A DNA stretch of 33,901 nucleotides from Nocardioides sp. (GCA_036404795.1 DASWYU010000264.1:1-33901); one strand, 5' to 3'. Shown: positions 1-9,060, counted from the first letter of the stretch. The notes: generated by a model from the sequence alone, not told the origin. Program-made: numbers and translations.

Positions 1-318
1 AGTGAGGACGACCTCCCCGTCGACGGTGCTGCGGCCGACGCCGACGACCCGATGGGTGGCGACGGCCCGCTCGCCGGACCGCAGCTGGAAGGTGACGACG
101 TCGCCGGTCACGATGTCCTCGGGCGGCACCTCCCGGACGACGACGAGCGTGCCGGGCGGGTAGGTGGGCGTCATCGAGCCGGTGAGGATCGTGTACGGCG
201 TGGCACCCCCGAGGCGCGGCACGACCACCGCGGCGCCGATGACGAGCACGCCGAGCGCGATCACGACCACGCACAGCGCGCGCCAGGCTCCGCGGAGGAC
301 GGTGCGTCCCCGCGTCAC
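1..318 (-). CDS. sipW: Signal peptidase I, SipW/ER-type (runs off window start)
   Basis: Not in the ORF track. Manual translation from GTG at 318 (GGAGGA RBS upstream) gives VTRGRTVLRGAWRALCVVVIALGVLVIGAAVVVPRLGGATPYTILTGSMTPTYPPGTLVVV...GDVVTFQ...VATHRVV: TM anchor, catalytic Ser motif LTGSM, and THR (His) box of SipW-type peptidases. Confidence 0.85.
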   Translation of the reverse strand, partial: MTRGRTVLRGAWRALCVVVIALGVLVIGAAVVVPRLGGATPYTILTGSMTPTYPPGTLVVVREVPPEDIVTGDVVTFQLRSGERAVATHRVVGVGRSTVDGEVVLT

Positions 319-349
319 GACGGCTCCTCCGACCGGGCGGCTGCGCCCG

Positions 350-874
350 TCAGGGCGTCGCGTCGGTCTGCGTGAGGGCGATCGAGATCGCGCTCAGGTC
401 GACCGTCTTCTGCTGGGAGGTGTTGTCGACGGTCGTGCCGAACGGGAAGCTGATCGCCAGGTTGACGGCGAGAACGTCGCCGTCGTTGTCCTCGGTGATC
501 TCGGCGACGTTCGCCGTGCCGTCGACGGTGTAGGCGAGGGTGGTCGTCAGGTACGGCGCGAGCGTGCCCGCCGAACCACCACCGGTCACCGCGACGTCGG
601 CCTCGAGGTTGTCGCCCTCGGCGCCGATCGTGTAGCTGCCCGCGTAGGCCAGCTGGTCACCGGGCACGAGCGTGACCGTGCCGGGGTTGGCGATGGGGTT
701 CCCGTTGAACGTCCACTGCCCCGCCGCGACCGGCGTCAGGGTCAGCTCGCCGGAGTCGACGGTGCCTCCCGGCACGTCGGCGGTGGCGTTCCAGTAGGCC
801 AGCGAACCGGCGCCACCGAGCAACAGGACCGCCGCGGTGCCCGCAGCGATCGCCCCCTTCGTGATCTTCTGCAT
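350..874 (-). CDS. Alternate (SipW-dependent) signal peptide exported protein, TasA/camelysin-like fibre subunit candidate
   Basis: N-terminus MQKITKGAIAAGTAAVLLLGGAGSLAYW is the characteristic SipW-class signal. Beta-rich mature part; directly upstream of the SipW gene. Confidence 0.8.
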   Translation of the reverse strand: MQKITKGAIAAGTAAVLLLGGAGSLAYWNATADVPGGTVDSGELTLTPVAAGQWTFNGNPIANPGTVTLVPGDQLAYAGSYTIGAEGDNLEADVAVTGGGSAGTLAPYLTTTLAYTVDGTANVAEITEDNDGDVLAVNLAISFPFGTTVDNTSQQKTVDLSAISIALTQTDATP

Positions 875-899
875 GGCTATCTCCCCAGATCAGCGATGT

Positions 900-929
900 G
901 TCGTACATCACCTAGGTAACCACCGTCAA
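900..929 (-). promoter_or_regulatory. Putative sigma70-type promoter of the SipW-substrate operon
   Basis: TTGACG (929-924), 18-nt spacer, TACGAC (905-900) on the minus strand. Confidence 0.4.
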
Positions 930-933
930 CCGG

Positions 934-969
934 ACCAGACCAGGGTTTTGCTCAAACCTCTGATCTGGT
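934..969. terminator. Imperfect inverted repeat (terminator of the phosphoesterase gene, or an operator)
   Basis: ACCAGACCAGGGTTT-TGCTC-AAACCTCTGATCTGGT, just past the stop at 977. Confidence 0.4.
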
Positions 970-976
970 AAAGGGT

Positions 977-2122
977 TCACCCAGCCCGGAGCGTCACCAC
1001 CACGACCTCCGGCGGGGCGCCGACCCGGACGGGTGGACCCCACGCGCCGGCGCCGCGGCTCGTCACGATCTGCACGCCCTCGACCTCGTCCACCCCGGCG
1101 AGGGTCGGCTGGTCCAGACGCACGAGGTAGCCGAACGGCCAGAGCTGCCCACCGTGGGTGTGGCCCGACATCTGCACGTCGATCCCGCGGTCGCCCACGA
1201 CCTGGGAGGGCTCGTGCGCGACGTACAGGATCGCGTCCTCGGGGGTCGTGCCCGCGAGCGCCGCGTCGGGGTCGGGGGCGTCGTCGCCCTGGCCGACGGC
1301 GTCGTGGACGCCCGCCACGACGAGGCGCGCGCCGTCGCGCTCGACGACGACGTTCTCGTTGCGCAGCGCCGTGACCCCCAGGCCCTCGAGCCGCGCCATC
1401 ACCTCGTCGGCATCACCGTTGATGAACTCGTGGTTGCCGGTCACGGCGACCGTGCCGTACGGCGCGTCCAGCTCCCCCAGCGGGTCGAGGTACCGCCCCA
1501 CGTGACGCTCGGGACCGTCGCTGTAGTCGCCGCCGAGGACGACCATGTCGACGTCGGCGTCCTGGACCCGCTCGACGACGGACGCCACGAAGTCCTCGTC
1601 CCGGACCGGACCGACGTGGAGGTCCGTCACGAGGGCGATCCGGAGCCCGTCGAGCCCCGCGCCGAGCCCGGGCACCGCCACCTCGACCTCCGAGGTGCGC
1701 ACGGCGGAGGCCTCGGCGAGGCCGTAGCCCGTCGTGCCGAGCGCCACGACGAGGGCCCCGACGGCGCCGAACCGCGCGACCCGGTCGCGTGCGGCCTGGC
1801 GGCGGAGCAGGCGCAGCACGCCGCACGCGAGGGCGACGAGGGCCAGGGCGAGCGTCAGGTACCAGACCACGGACACCCAGGTGAGGCCCAGCCACAGCAG
1901 GGGGCGCCAGCCGGCCGGGTCCACGGAACGTTGGAGCACCTCCGCCACCACCAGCAGGACGGTGCCGCCGACCACCAGGGCGGCGGCACCGCGCCGTACC
2001 CACCGCGCCGTGGGCGCTGGGAGCACCTCGTCCCAGCGCGGCGCCACGGCGAGCCGCCGGACGAGCCAGACGACCCACGCGCAGAGGAGGACGAGAGCGA
2101 GGAGGAGGCCGAGCCAGATCAC
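977..2122 (-). CDS. Membrane-anchored metallophosphoesterase (YkuE/calcineurin-like)
   Basis: Four N-terminal TM segments, then DLH, GGD, GNHE, H and GHTHGGQ motifs. Confidence 0.9.
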   Translation of the reverse strand: MIWLGLLLALVLLCAWVVWLVRRLAVAPRWDEVLPAPTARWVRRGAAALVVGGTVLLVVAEVLQRSVDPAGWRPLLWLGLTWVSVVWYLTLALALVALACGVLRLLRRQAARDRVARFGAVGALVVALGTTGYGLAEASAVRTSEVEVAVPGLGAGLDGLRIALVTDLHVGPVRDEDFVASVVERVQDADVDMVVLGGDYSDGPERHVGRYLDPLGELDAPYGTVAVTGNHEFINGDADEVMARLEGLGVTALRNENVVVERDGARLVVAGVHDAVGQGDDAPDPDAALAGTTPEDAILYVAHEPSQVVGDRGIDVQMSGHTHGGQLWPFGYLVRLDQPTLAGVDEVEGVQIVTSRGAGAWGPPVRVGAPPEVVVVTLRAG

Positions 2123-2141
2123 CCGCAGATCCTCGCCGACG

Positions 2142-3041
2142 TCACCAACCGCGCTCGGCGAGCCGGTGGGGTGCCGGGATGTCCTCGACGTTGATGCCCA
2201 CCATCGCCTCGCCCAGGCCCCGCGAGACCTTCGCGACCACGTCGGCGTCGTCGAAGAACGTCGTCGCCTTCACGATCGCCTCCGCGCGCTGCGCCGGGTT
2301 GCCCGACTTGAAGATGCCCGAGCCGACGAACACGCCCTCGGCGCCCAGCTGCATCATCATCGCGGCGTCCGCGGGCGTCGCGATGCCGCCGGCGGTGAAC
2401 AGCACGACCGGCAGCTTGCCGGTGCGCGCCACCTCGGCCACCAGCTCGTAGGGCGCCTGCAGCTCCTTCGCCGCGACGAACAGCTCGTCCTCGGCCAACG
2501 CGCCCAGCCGACGCAGCTCGCCGCGGATCGTGCGCATGTGCGTCACCGCGTTCGACACGTCACCCGTGCCTGCCTCGCCCTTCGAGCGGATCATCGCCGC
2601 GCCCTCGGTGATCCGACGCAGCGCCTCGCCCAGGTTCGTCGCGCCACACACGAACGGCACCGTGAACGACCATTTGTCGATGTGGTGCGCGTAGTCCGCC
2701 GGCGTGAGCACCTCGGACTCGTCGATGTAGTCCACGCCGAGGCTCTGCAGCACCTGCGCCTCCGCGAAGTGCCCGATCCGGGCCTTCGCCATCACCGGGA
2801 TGGAGACCGCCTCGATGATCCCGTCGATCATGTCGGGGTCGCTCATGCGGGAAACGCCGCCCTGGGCCCGGATGTCGGCCGGCACGCGCTCCAGCGCCAT
2901 CACGGCCACCGCGCCCGCGTCCTCGGCGATCTTCGCCTGCTCCGGGGTGACCACGTCCATGATCACGCCGCCCTTGAGCATCTCCGCCATTCCGCGCTTC
3001 ACCCGGGCCGAGCCGGTCACGCGGTCATTCTCGTTCGTCAT
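2142..3041 (-). CDS. pdxS: Pyridoxal 5'-phosphate synthase lyase subunit
   Basis: [30 protein letters not shown] and [10 protein letters not shown] motifs. Start moved to ATG 3041, 7 nt after a TAGTGT -10 box. Confidence 0.97.
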   Translation of the reverse strand: MTNENDRVTGSARVKRGMAEMLKGGVIMDVVTPEQAKIAEDAGAVAVMALERVPADIRAQGGVSRMSDPDMIDGIIEAVSIPVMAKARIGHFAEAQVLQSLGVDYIDESEVLTPADYAHHIDKWSFTVPFVCGATNLGEALRRITEGAAMIRSKGEAGTGDVSNAVTHMRTIRGELRRLGALAEDELFVAAKELQAPYELVAEVARTGKLPVVLFTAGGIATPADAAMMMQLGAEGVFVGSGIFKSGNPAQRAEAIVKATTFFDDADVVAKVSRGLGEAMVGINVEDIPAPHRLAERGW

Positions 3042-3051
3042 GCGCCGAACA

Positions 3052-4770
3052 CTAGGGCGTGCGGACGTGGCGGCGGCGGGCGCGTCGAGGCGTGGATGCG
3101 CGACGCGCGGCCACGACCTCCGCCATGGCCGCCCGGTCGACCAGCTTGCGGCGGGGGCGGCCGTCGGCGGCGCCCCACGCCCGCTCGTACGAGTCGACCG
3201 CCCACCAATCGGTGCGGTCGAGCGCGGCCGGTGCACGACGGCGGACCAGCGACGCGAAACCGTCGGGAGCGGCGGTCGGCGCCGTCAGCAGACCGGCGTT
3301 GAAGTCGGCCACGAGGTGCGCGACCGTCTCCTCGGCGTCACTCTTGTTGGTGCCGATGTAGCCGCTGGGTCCGCGCTTGATCCAGCCCGCGACGTACGTG
3401 CCGGGCACCTGCTCCCCCGCGCCGTCGAGGACGCGGCCGACCGCGTTCGGGATGGTGGCCGTGCGCTCGTCGAACGGAACGCCTGTGACGGGACGCCCGC
3501 GGTAGCCGACCGATCGCAGGACCAGGCCGGCGGGCAGGGTCGACACACGGTCGGTCGCGACCGGACGCACGGTTCCGTCGGCGTCCACCTCGAGGTCGTT
3601 GTCGACGACCTCGAGCCCGGCGACCGTGCCCTCGCCGAGCACCCGCACGGGCGACTGCGCGAACCGCAGGACGATCCGGCGGCGCTCCCCGCCCCGGGGC
3701 TCGCGGAGCTGCTCGAGGATCCGCAGCTTCTGCTCGAGCATCCGGTCCAGGGTGCCCGCGGCGCGCTGCCGCACCGTGGTGGCGTCGAGGTGCAGACCGC
3801 CCTCGACCACCACGTCGATGTCGTCGCGCATGACGAGACCGGTGAGCTCGGGCAGCGTGTACGCCGCCTGGGCCGCCCCGCGCCGCGCGACGAGGACGAT
3901 CTCGCGCACCTTCGACTCGCGGAGCGCCTCGATCGCGTGGTCGGCGATATCGGTTTCCGCCAGCCGGCCGGGATCGGTCGCGAGGATGCGGGCGACGTCG
4001 AGCGCGACGTTGCCGTTGCCGACGATCACGACCCGCTCCTCGTCGAGCGGCACGTCGAGCGACGTGTGGTCGGGGTGCCCGTTGTACCAGGCCACGAAGG
4101 CCGTCGCCGTGCCGCTGCCGGGGAGGTCCTCGCCCTCGACCCCGAGGCGCCGGTCGAGCGACGCGCCGGTCGCGTAGACGACCGCGTGGTGGTGGCGGAG
4201 CAGGTCGTCGTGGGTGACGTCGGTGCCGACCTCGACACCGAGGTGGTAGGAGAACCCCTCCTGCGCCTCGATCTGGCGGAAGAGGTCGACCACCCGCCGC
4301 GTGTCGGGGTGGTCGGGTGCCACGCCCGCGCGGGCCAGCCCGTACGGCGTGGGGAGCCGGTCGATCACGGAGACCCGCGCGCCCGTCTGCTTCAGCACCT
4401 CGTCGGCGGCGTACAGCGCCGCAGGACCGGAGCCGACCACCGCCACCGTGAGGGAGCCGCGTTCTGCGGCGGCGCGCACGATCTCCGGCACCGGCGCCTG
4501 CACCGGTCGGGGCGCCGGCGGCGTGTGGAAGAGCGCGTTCAGCTCCTGGAACGGCAGCTCGGCCTCGCCCAGCTTCGTGTGGGGCTTGATCGCGCCCACG
4601 GGGCAGGCGCTGACGCACGCGCCGCAGTCGACGCAGGACGCCGGGTCGATGTAGAGCATCTCGGCGGTCCCGAAGTCCGGCTCGTCCGGCGTCGGGTGGA
4701 TGCAGTTGACCGGGCACGCGAAGACGCACGAGGCGTCGCCGCAGCACGAGCGGGTCACGACGTGGGGCAT
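3052..4770 (-). CDS. fprB: Ferredoxin / ferredoxin-NADP+ reductase fusion (FprB-like)
   Basis: N-terminal dicluster ferredoxin (CPVNCIHP...[13 protein letters not shown]) fused to an adrenodoxin-reductase-like domain ([28 protein letters not shown]). Confidence 0.88.
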   Translation of the reverse strand: MPHVVTRSCCGDASCVFACPVNCIHPTPDEPDFGTAEMLYIDPASCVDCGACVSACPVGAIKPHTKLGEAELPFQELNALFHTPPAPRPVQAPVPEIVRAAAERGSLTVAVVGSGPAALYAADEVLKQTGARVSVIDRLPTPYGLARAGVAPDHPDTRRVVDLFRQIEAQEGFSYHLGVEVGTDVTHDDLLRHHHAVVYATGASLDRRLGVEGEDLPGSGTATAFVAWYNGHPDHTSLDVPLDEERVVIVGNGNVALDVARILATDPGRLAETDIADHAIEALRESKVREIVLVARRGAAQAAYTLPELTGLVMRDDIDVVVEGGLHLDATTVRQRAAGTLDRMLEQKLRILEQLREPRGGERRRIVLRFAQSPVRVLGEGTVAGLEVVDNDLEVDADGTVRPVATDRVSTLPAGLVLRSVGYRGRPVTGVPFDERTATIPNAVGRVLDGAGEQVPGTYVAGWIKRGPSGYIGTNKSDAEETVAHLVADFNAGLLTAPTAAPDGFASLVRRRAPAALDRTDWWAVDSYERAWGAADGRPRRKLVDRAAMAEVVAARRASTPRRARRRHVRTP

Positions 4771-4784
4771 GGGGCGGCGGCCCC

Positions 4785-5828
4785 TCAGGCCGCGAACTTG
4801 ACCGGCGGCTCGCTGCGGTAGCGCGAGCGACGCGTGCCGTGCATGCCGAGGCGCTTCCAGAGGCGCTTAGCGACCGGGTTCATGAGGTCGGACTTCTCCG
4901 CCAGCATGCGCACGTCGGCGAACGTGTCGGCGAGCATCTGCTGCGAGGCGGGCGAGTCCCAGTAGAGCTCCTTCACCAGGTCCTCCGGCACGTCGAAGCG
5001 ACGGCGGAACTCCTTGGGCGGCATGAGGATGGCGTCGCCGAGGATGCGCATGATCAGCGGGTAGAGCAGGGACACCGTGAACTTCGAGACGCGGCCGAGC
5101 TTCGGCGCGCGACGCTTGATCAGCTCGTGGGCGAAGGAGATGTGACGCGCCTCCTCGGCGACGTGGATCTCCATGATCCGGCCCATCATCGGGTGGATCT
5201 CGTCACGGCTGCGCAGGATCGCCTTCTGCGTGTGGTCGATCGGCTCCTCGCCCGCGAGGACGCCGACGAAGAAGATCACCGGGAAGCGGTTGGCGAACAG
5301 CGAGAACGCCGGGCTGATGGCGCGGATCCACAGCGGCATGCCCGAGACGTCCATGCCGACGCGGTTGACGGCCTCCTGGAACATCTGGGTGTGGTGGCAC
5401 TCCTCGGTCGCCTCGTGCATGAGGTAGCGGTACTCCGGCGACCCGTTCGGCAGGCTGAAGACGTACTGCATGATGCCGCGGATCAGGATGTTCTCGAACT
5501 GCCAGCCGACCTTGAAGATGTTGGCCTGGCGCCAGAGACCCATCTCGATCTGCTTCTCGACGGGCTGCGCCTTGTACCACTCGCTGCGGCCCAGCGGGTC
5601 GGCCTCGGGGAGGATCCAGCGCGGGTCGTCGTGGCGCACCTGGAAGTCCGGGTGCTCCCAGTCGATGTCGTCGAACGCGTCGAAGTGTCGCTCGACCGAC
5701 GCGACCGAGAGCCGGTGCAGCACCTCGGCGTAGTCCTCGTCGGACAGGCCCTCGGGCACCTCGGGCTCGTCCCAGTCGATCAGCTCCAGCAGGGACTTCT
5801 CGGGCTTCGCGGACACCTGGGCAGACAT
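4785..5828 (-). CDS. AurF-family diiron oxygenase
   Basis: Ferritin-like ligand motifs FENIL, EATEECHHTQMF, GEEPID and HVAEEARHISF; RBS upstream of the ATG. Confidence 0.88.
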   Translation of the reverse strand: MSAQVSAKPEKSLLELIDWDEPEVPEGLSDEDYAEVLHRLSVASVERHFDAFDDIDWEHPDFQVRHDDPRWILPEADPLGRSEWYKAQPVEKQIEMGLWRQANIFKVGWQFENILIRGIMQYVFSLPNGSPEYRYLMHEATEECHHTQMFQEAVNRVGMDVSGMPLWIRAISPAFSLFANRFPVIFFVGVLAGEEPIDHTQKAILRSRDEIHPMMGRIMEIHVAEEARHISFAHELIKRRAPKLGRVSKFTVSLLYPLIMRILGDAILMPPKEFRRRFDVPEDLVKELYWDSPASQQMLADTFADVRMLAEKSDLMNPVAKRLWKRLGMHGTRRSRYRSEPPVKFAA

Positions 5829-5903
5829 CGTGACTCTCCTCGCCTCGTCGCGGTCACGGCCGGTTTCCCGGTCGAGGACGGCAGTTCACCGCCTCGTCAA
5901 CCG

Positions 5904-5932
5904 ATCGTGCTCCGCGGCGACGACGATGTCAA
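5904..5932 (-). promoter_or_regulatory. Sigma70-type promoter of the diiron oxygenase/fprB pair
   Basis: Perfect TTGACA (5932-5927), 17-nt spacer, CACGAT (5909-5904). Confidence 0.65.
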
Positions 5933-5938
5933 GGACTA

Positions 5939-5959
5939 TGTAACATTCTGAGTGTCACG
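5939..5959. promoter_or_regulatory. Imperfect 21-bp palindrome, candidate regulator site
   Basis: TGTAACATTCTGAGTGTCACG; AT-rich dyad just upstream of the -35 box. Confidence 0.5.
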
Positions 5960-5986
5960 TTCTCGGAGGGCCGATCGGCTCCGCGG

Positions 5987-6616
5987 TCAGGCGCCCTCCA
6001 GCGGCGTCGACTCCTCCGCCAGCGCCTGCTGGCGCACCACCCAGATCCGCTGCACCACGGTGATCGTGCTGGCCGCCGCGAGCGCCCAGAGGGTCACCTG
6101 CTGGAGGATCGGCAGGTCGAACAGCGCGCCCAGGCCGGTCATGACGAGGATGGAGACGAGGCGGTCGCTGCGCTCGGCGATGCCGACCTTCGCCTGGAAC
6201 CCCAGACCCTCGGCGCGCGCGCGTGCGTACGACGTCACGCTGCCCATGACGAGGCACACGAGACTGAGCACCAGGTAGAGGTCCGAGTCGCCGGGGCCGG
6301 CCCAGTAGAGCGCCAGGCCGCCGAAGATCGCGCCGTCGCCGATCCGGTCGAGGGTCGAGTCCAGGAAGGCGCCGAACTTGCTGGTGCGGCCGGTCTCCCG
6401 CGCCATGAACCCGTCGATGAGGTCCGAGAACACGAACGCCGTGATGAACAGGACACCGGCGAGCAGGTGGCCCTGCGGGAAGAAGATCAGCGCGCCCGCG
6501 CAGACACCGAGCGTGCCGACGAGGGTCACCGCGTCGGGGCTGACCCCGCAGCGGATGAGGAAGCGGGCGACGGGCGAGAGGAGGCGGGTCCAGAACCCGC
6601 GGAAGCGCTCGAGCAT
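5987..6616 (-). CDS. pgsA: Phosphatidylinositol phosphate synthase (CDP-alcohol phosphatidyltransferase)
   Basis: DLIDGFMAR...GAFLDSTLDRIGD signature, SPDAVT, VTSYARARAE; position in the thrS-HIT locus. Confidence 0.92.
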   Translation of the reverse strand: MLERFRGFWTRLLSPVARFLIRCGVSPDAVTLVGTLGVCAGALIFFPQGHLLAGVLFITAFVFSDLIDGFMARETGRTSKFGAFLDSTLDRIGDGAIFGGLALYWAGPGDSDLYLVLSLVCLVMGSVTSYARARAEGLGFQAKVGIAERSDRLVSILVMTGLGALFDLPILQQVTLWALAAASTITVVQRIWVVRQQALAEESTPLEGA

Positions 6617-6654
6617 GGTGAGGGCAGGTTAGGCCATCCGGGCGACGGGCCCGT

Positions 6655-7458
6655 TCACCCGTCGGCTCCCCCGGCAGGCCCCTCCCCGACCAGCGCGGCG
6701 CAGGCCTGGTCGACGGCGGTGGGAGCGCCCGCGGCGTACCACTCGAGGCCCTCGTGCCGGACGCGCCGGGTCGTCCCGCCGACGCCGCGCACGATCGCCG
6801 CCCCGGGGAGCTCGTCCCACGGGGGCACGGAGTGCTGCAGCACCAGGCCGACGCGGCCCTGGGCCACGGCGGTCGCGTCCATGCTGCCGGACCCGAGCAT
6901 CCGCACGGCCGCGGCGCTGCCCGCCGCGCGGTAGAAGGCGGCGCCGGCGGAGGACGCCAGGGAGCGCGGGTTGAAGTAGGTCGCCATGCTCGTGCGCCCG
7001 AGCGACACGTCGGCCAGCGGGGCGATCGCGACGCCGTTGCGCGTGCTCGGCAGCCCGGGGCCGCCGAGGAAGAGCTCGTCGTCGTGCGGATGGTAGATCG
7101 CGCCGAGGACGAGGTCGTCGCCGTCGAGGAGCGCGACCGCCGAGCACCACCAGGTCAGTCCCGAGAGGAAGTTGTAGGTGCCGTCGACGGGGTCGACGAC
7201 CCAGCGGCGTCCACTGGTCCCCGGCTCGTCGACTCCCTCCTCCCCCAGCACGCCGTCGGCGGGCCGCTCGTCAGCGAGGCGGCCGGCGACGAGCTCCTCC
7301 GCGGCCCGGTCGGCCGCCGTGACCACGTCGGAGACCGAGGTCTTCTGCTCGACACGAAGCCCCTCCACGCCCGCCGCGCGCATCCGGGCCGCGAGCGAGC
7401 CGGCCTCGCGCACGAGCGCCCCGGCGAGACGCACGTCGTCCGGATCGACCGTGCTCAC
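6655..7458 (-). CDS. Inositol monophosphatase family protein
   Basis: DVVTAAD, LGEEG, WVVDPVDGTYNF and PWD motifs. GTG start at 7458 overlaps the HIT stop (GTGA). Confidence 0.88.
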   Translation of the reverse strand: MSTVDPDDVRLAGALVREAGSLAARMRAAGVEGLRVEQKTSVSDVVTAADRAAEELVAGRLADERPADGVLGEEGVDEPGTSGRRWVVDPVDGTYNFLSGLTWWCSAVALLDGDDLVLGAIYHPHDDELFLGGPGLPSTRNGVAIAPLADVSLGRTSMATYFNPRSLASSAGAAFYRAAGSAAAVRMLGSGSMDATAVAQGRVGLVLQHSVPPWDELPGAAIVRGVGGTTRRVRHEGLEWYAAGAPTAVDQACAALVGEGPAGGADG

Positions 7459-7997
7459 GCGCCCCACGCTCCGCGGAGCAGGTCGCGGGTGTCCCCGAGG
7501 AGCTGCGGCAGCGTCTTGGTCGCACCCAGCACCGTCATGAAGTTGGCGTCGCCGGACCAGCGCGGCACGACGTGCTGGTGCAGGTGCGCGGCGAGCGACC
7601 CGCCGGCGGCCGAGCCGAGGTTGAGGCCGACGTTGAACGCGTCGGGGGTCGCGACCGCCCGGATCGCTCGGATGCCGGCCTTCGTCATCGTCGCGACCTC
7701 CGCCGTCTCCGCGTCCGTCAGGTCGGTGTAGTCGGCCACGTGACGGCGCGGCAGGACCATGAGGTGCCCCGGGTTGTAGGGGTAGAGGTTGAGCACCGCG
7801 AAGGTCGTCTCCCCCTCGGCGACGACCAGGTCGGGGCCGGTCGCGGTGCCCGCCACCATCCGGCAGAACGGGCAGCCGGCCGGTTCGGTGCGGGGCGCGG
7901 CAGCCGCTTCCTCCGCTCCGTCCGTGCCTCCGGCGCCGGCGATGTAGGCCATCCGGTAGGGCGTGTAGAGCCGCATCAACCCGTCGGGGTCGGTCAC
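7455..7997 (-). CDS. HIT family protein (Ap4A phosphorylase-like)
   Basis: CPFC, LNLYPYNPGHLMV and HLHQHVVPRWSGDANF motifs. Start taken at GTG 7997 after GGAGGA; GTG 8018 is an alternative. Confidence 0.9.
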   Translation of the reverse strand: MTDPDGLMRLYTPYRMAYIAGAGGTDGAEEAAAAPRTEPAGCPFCRMVAGTATGPDLVVAEGETTFAVLNLYPYNPGHLMVLPRRHVADYTDLTDAETAEVATMTKAGIRAIRAVATPDAFNVGLNLGSAAGGSLAAHLHQHVVPRWSGDANFMTVLGATKTLPQLLGDTRDLLRGAWGA

Positions 7998-8031
7998 GCG
8001 TCCTCCTGCGTCAGTCACGGTCGGGTCGGAG

Positions 8032-9033
8032 TCAGTACTGGTGGAACCAACGGTCGAGCTCGGCGGCCACCCCGGGGCAGGTGACGTTCTGGTCGCGGTC
8101 GGCCTCGACCCACTGCCCCAGGACGGCCGCGCCACCCTGGATCGACCAGTCGTCGGCGCAGCGGGACAGCGCCTCCGCGCGGGAGGTGTGGCCCGCCGCC
8201 CGCCACTCGGGGACGCCGAGGGCGAGGTCGCCGACGACCTGGCGCCACAGGTGCGGCGTCGAGTAGACGCCGATCGCGTAGCCGGCGTCCGTGTAGGCCC
8301 GGGCGAGACCCTCGACCACGGCCGCGTTGGCGACCGGGTCGTCACTCCACTCGAAGTCCGGCACCGGCTCGACGTCGATCCACACCACGGGCGTCAGGAG
8401 GCCGGCGTCCTGCATCGACGCCACGTTGAACCGACCCTGGGCGTAGCCGGTGTTGCGCAGCGCGTCGGCGGGTGAGCCCCCGTCGTACGGGCCCGTCGTG
8501 CCGTGCGTGGCGAGCGTCGCGGGGTCGGGGAAGCTGGCGACGGCGTACGCCGCGCCGAGCAGGTGGCGCTCCGCGACCCACGCGACCTGGTCGGCGAGGC
8601 ACGGGTTGACGTGGAAGCCGGGGCCGTTGGTGAGGCCGACGACGACGTACTCCGCCGCGTCCAGCGGCATCGGCATGCCGAGCGTGCGCTTCTCGGGGAG
8701 GCCCATGCCGCGGGGGCACTGCGGCCACGAGACGTCGCCGCCGAGAACCGGCACCGCGGGATCACGCGACGGACCGCCGGTCGGCACGTCGCCCGCCGCG
8801 CCCTCGGCGAGCCGGGCGAGGTCGCCCAGGGGGTCGTCGGTGGGCGTGGTCGGGGCGCTGCCGTACGACGCCGCACCGGTCCCCGGGCCACTGCCCGTCG
8901 CGTCGGGGTCGGCGCCCGGGTCGGCCCCCGACTCGGCGTTCGAGCAGCCGGCGAGGAGGGCGGCGAGCAGGACGACGGGCACGATCGGGCTCCGGGATCT
9001 CCCCGGAGCGTGGCGTCGCCCGCGCCGTACCAC
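8032..9033 (-). CDS. Lipoprotein with glycoside hydrolase family 25-like TIM-barrel domain
   Basis: Lipobox LAGC, low-complexity linker, then DVSWPQC, VWIDVEP and IGVYST motifs reminiscent of GH25 muramidase-like proteins. Confidence 0.6.
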   Translation of the reverse strand: MVRRGRRHAPGRSRSPIVPVVLLAALLAGCSNAESGADPGADPDATGSGPGTGAASYGSAPTTPTDDPLGDLARLAEGAAGDVPTGGPSRDPAVPVLGGDVSWPQCPRGMGLPEKRTLGMPMPLDAAEYVVVGLTNGPGFHVNPCLADQVAWVAERHLLGAAYAVASFPDPATLATHGTTGPYDGGSPADALRNTGYAQGRFNVASMQDAGLLTPVVWIDVEPVPDFEWSDDPVANAAVVEGLARAYTDAGYAIGVYSTPHLWRQVVGDLALGVPEWRAAGHTSRAEALSRCADDWSIQGGAAVLGQWVEADRDQNVTCPGVAAELDRWFHQY

Positions 9034-9060
9034 TACCGCGCCCCCTCGCCGGACCGCGCC

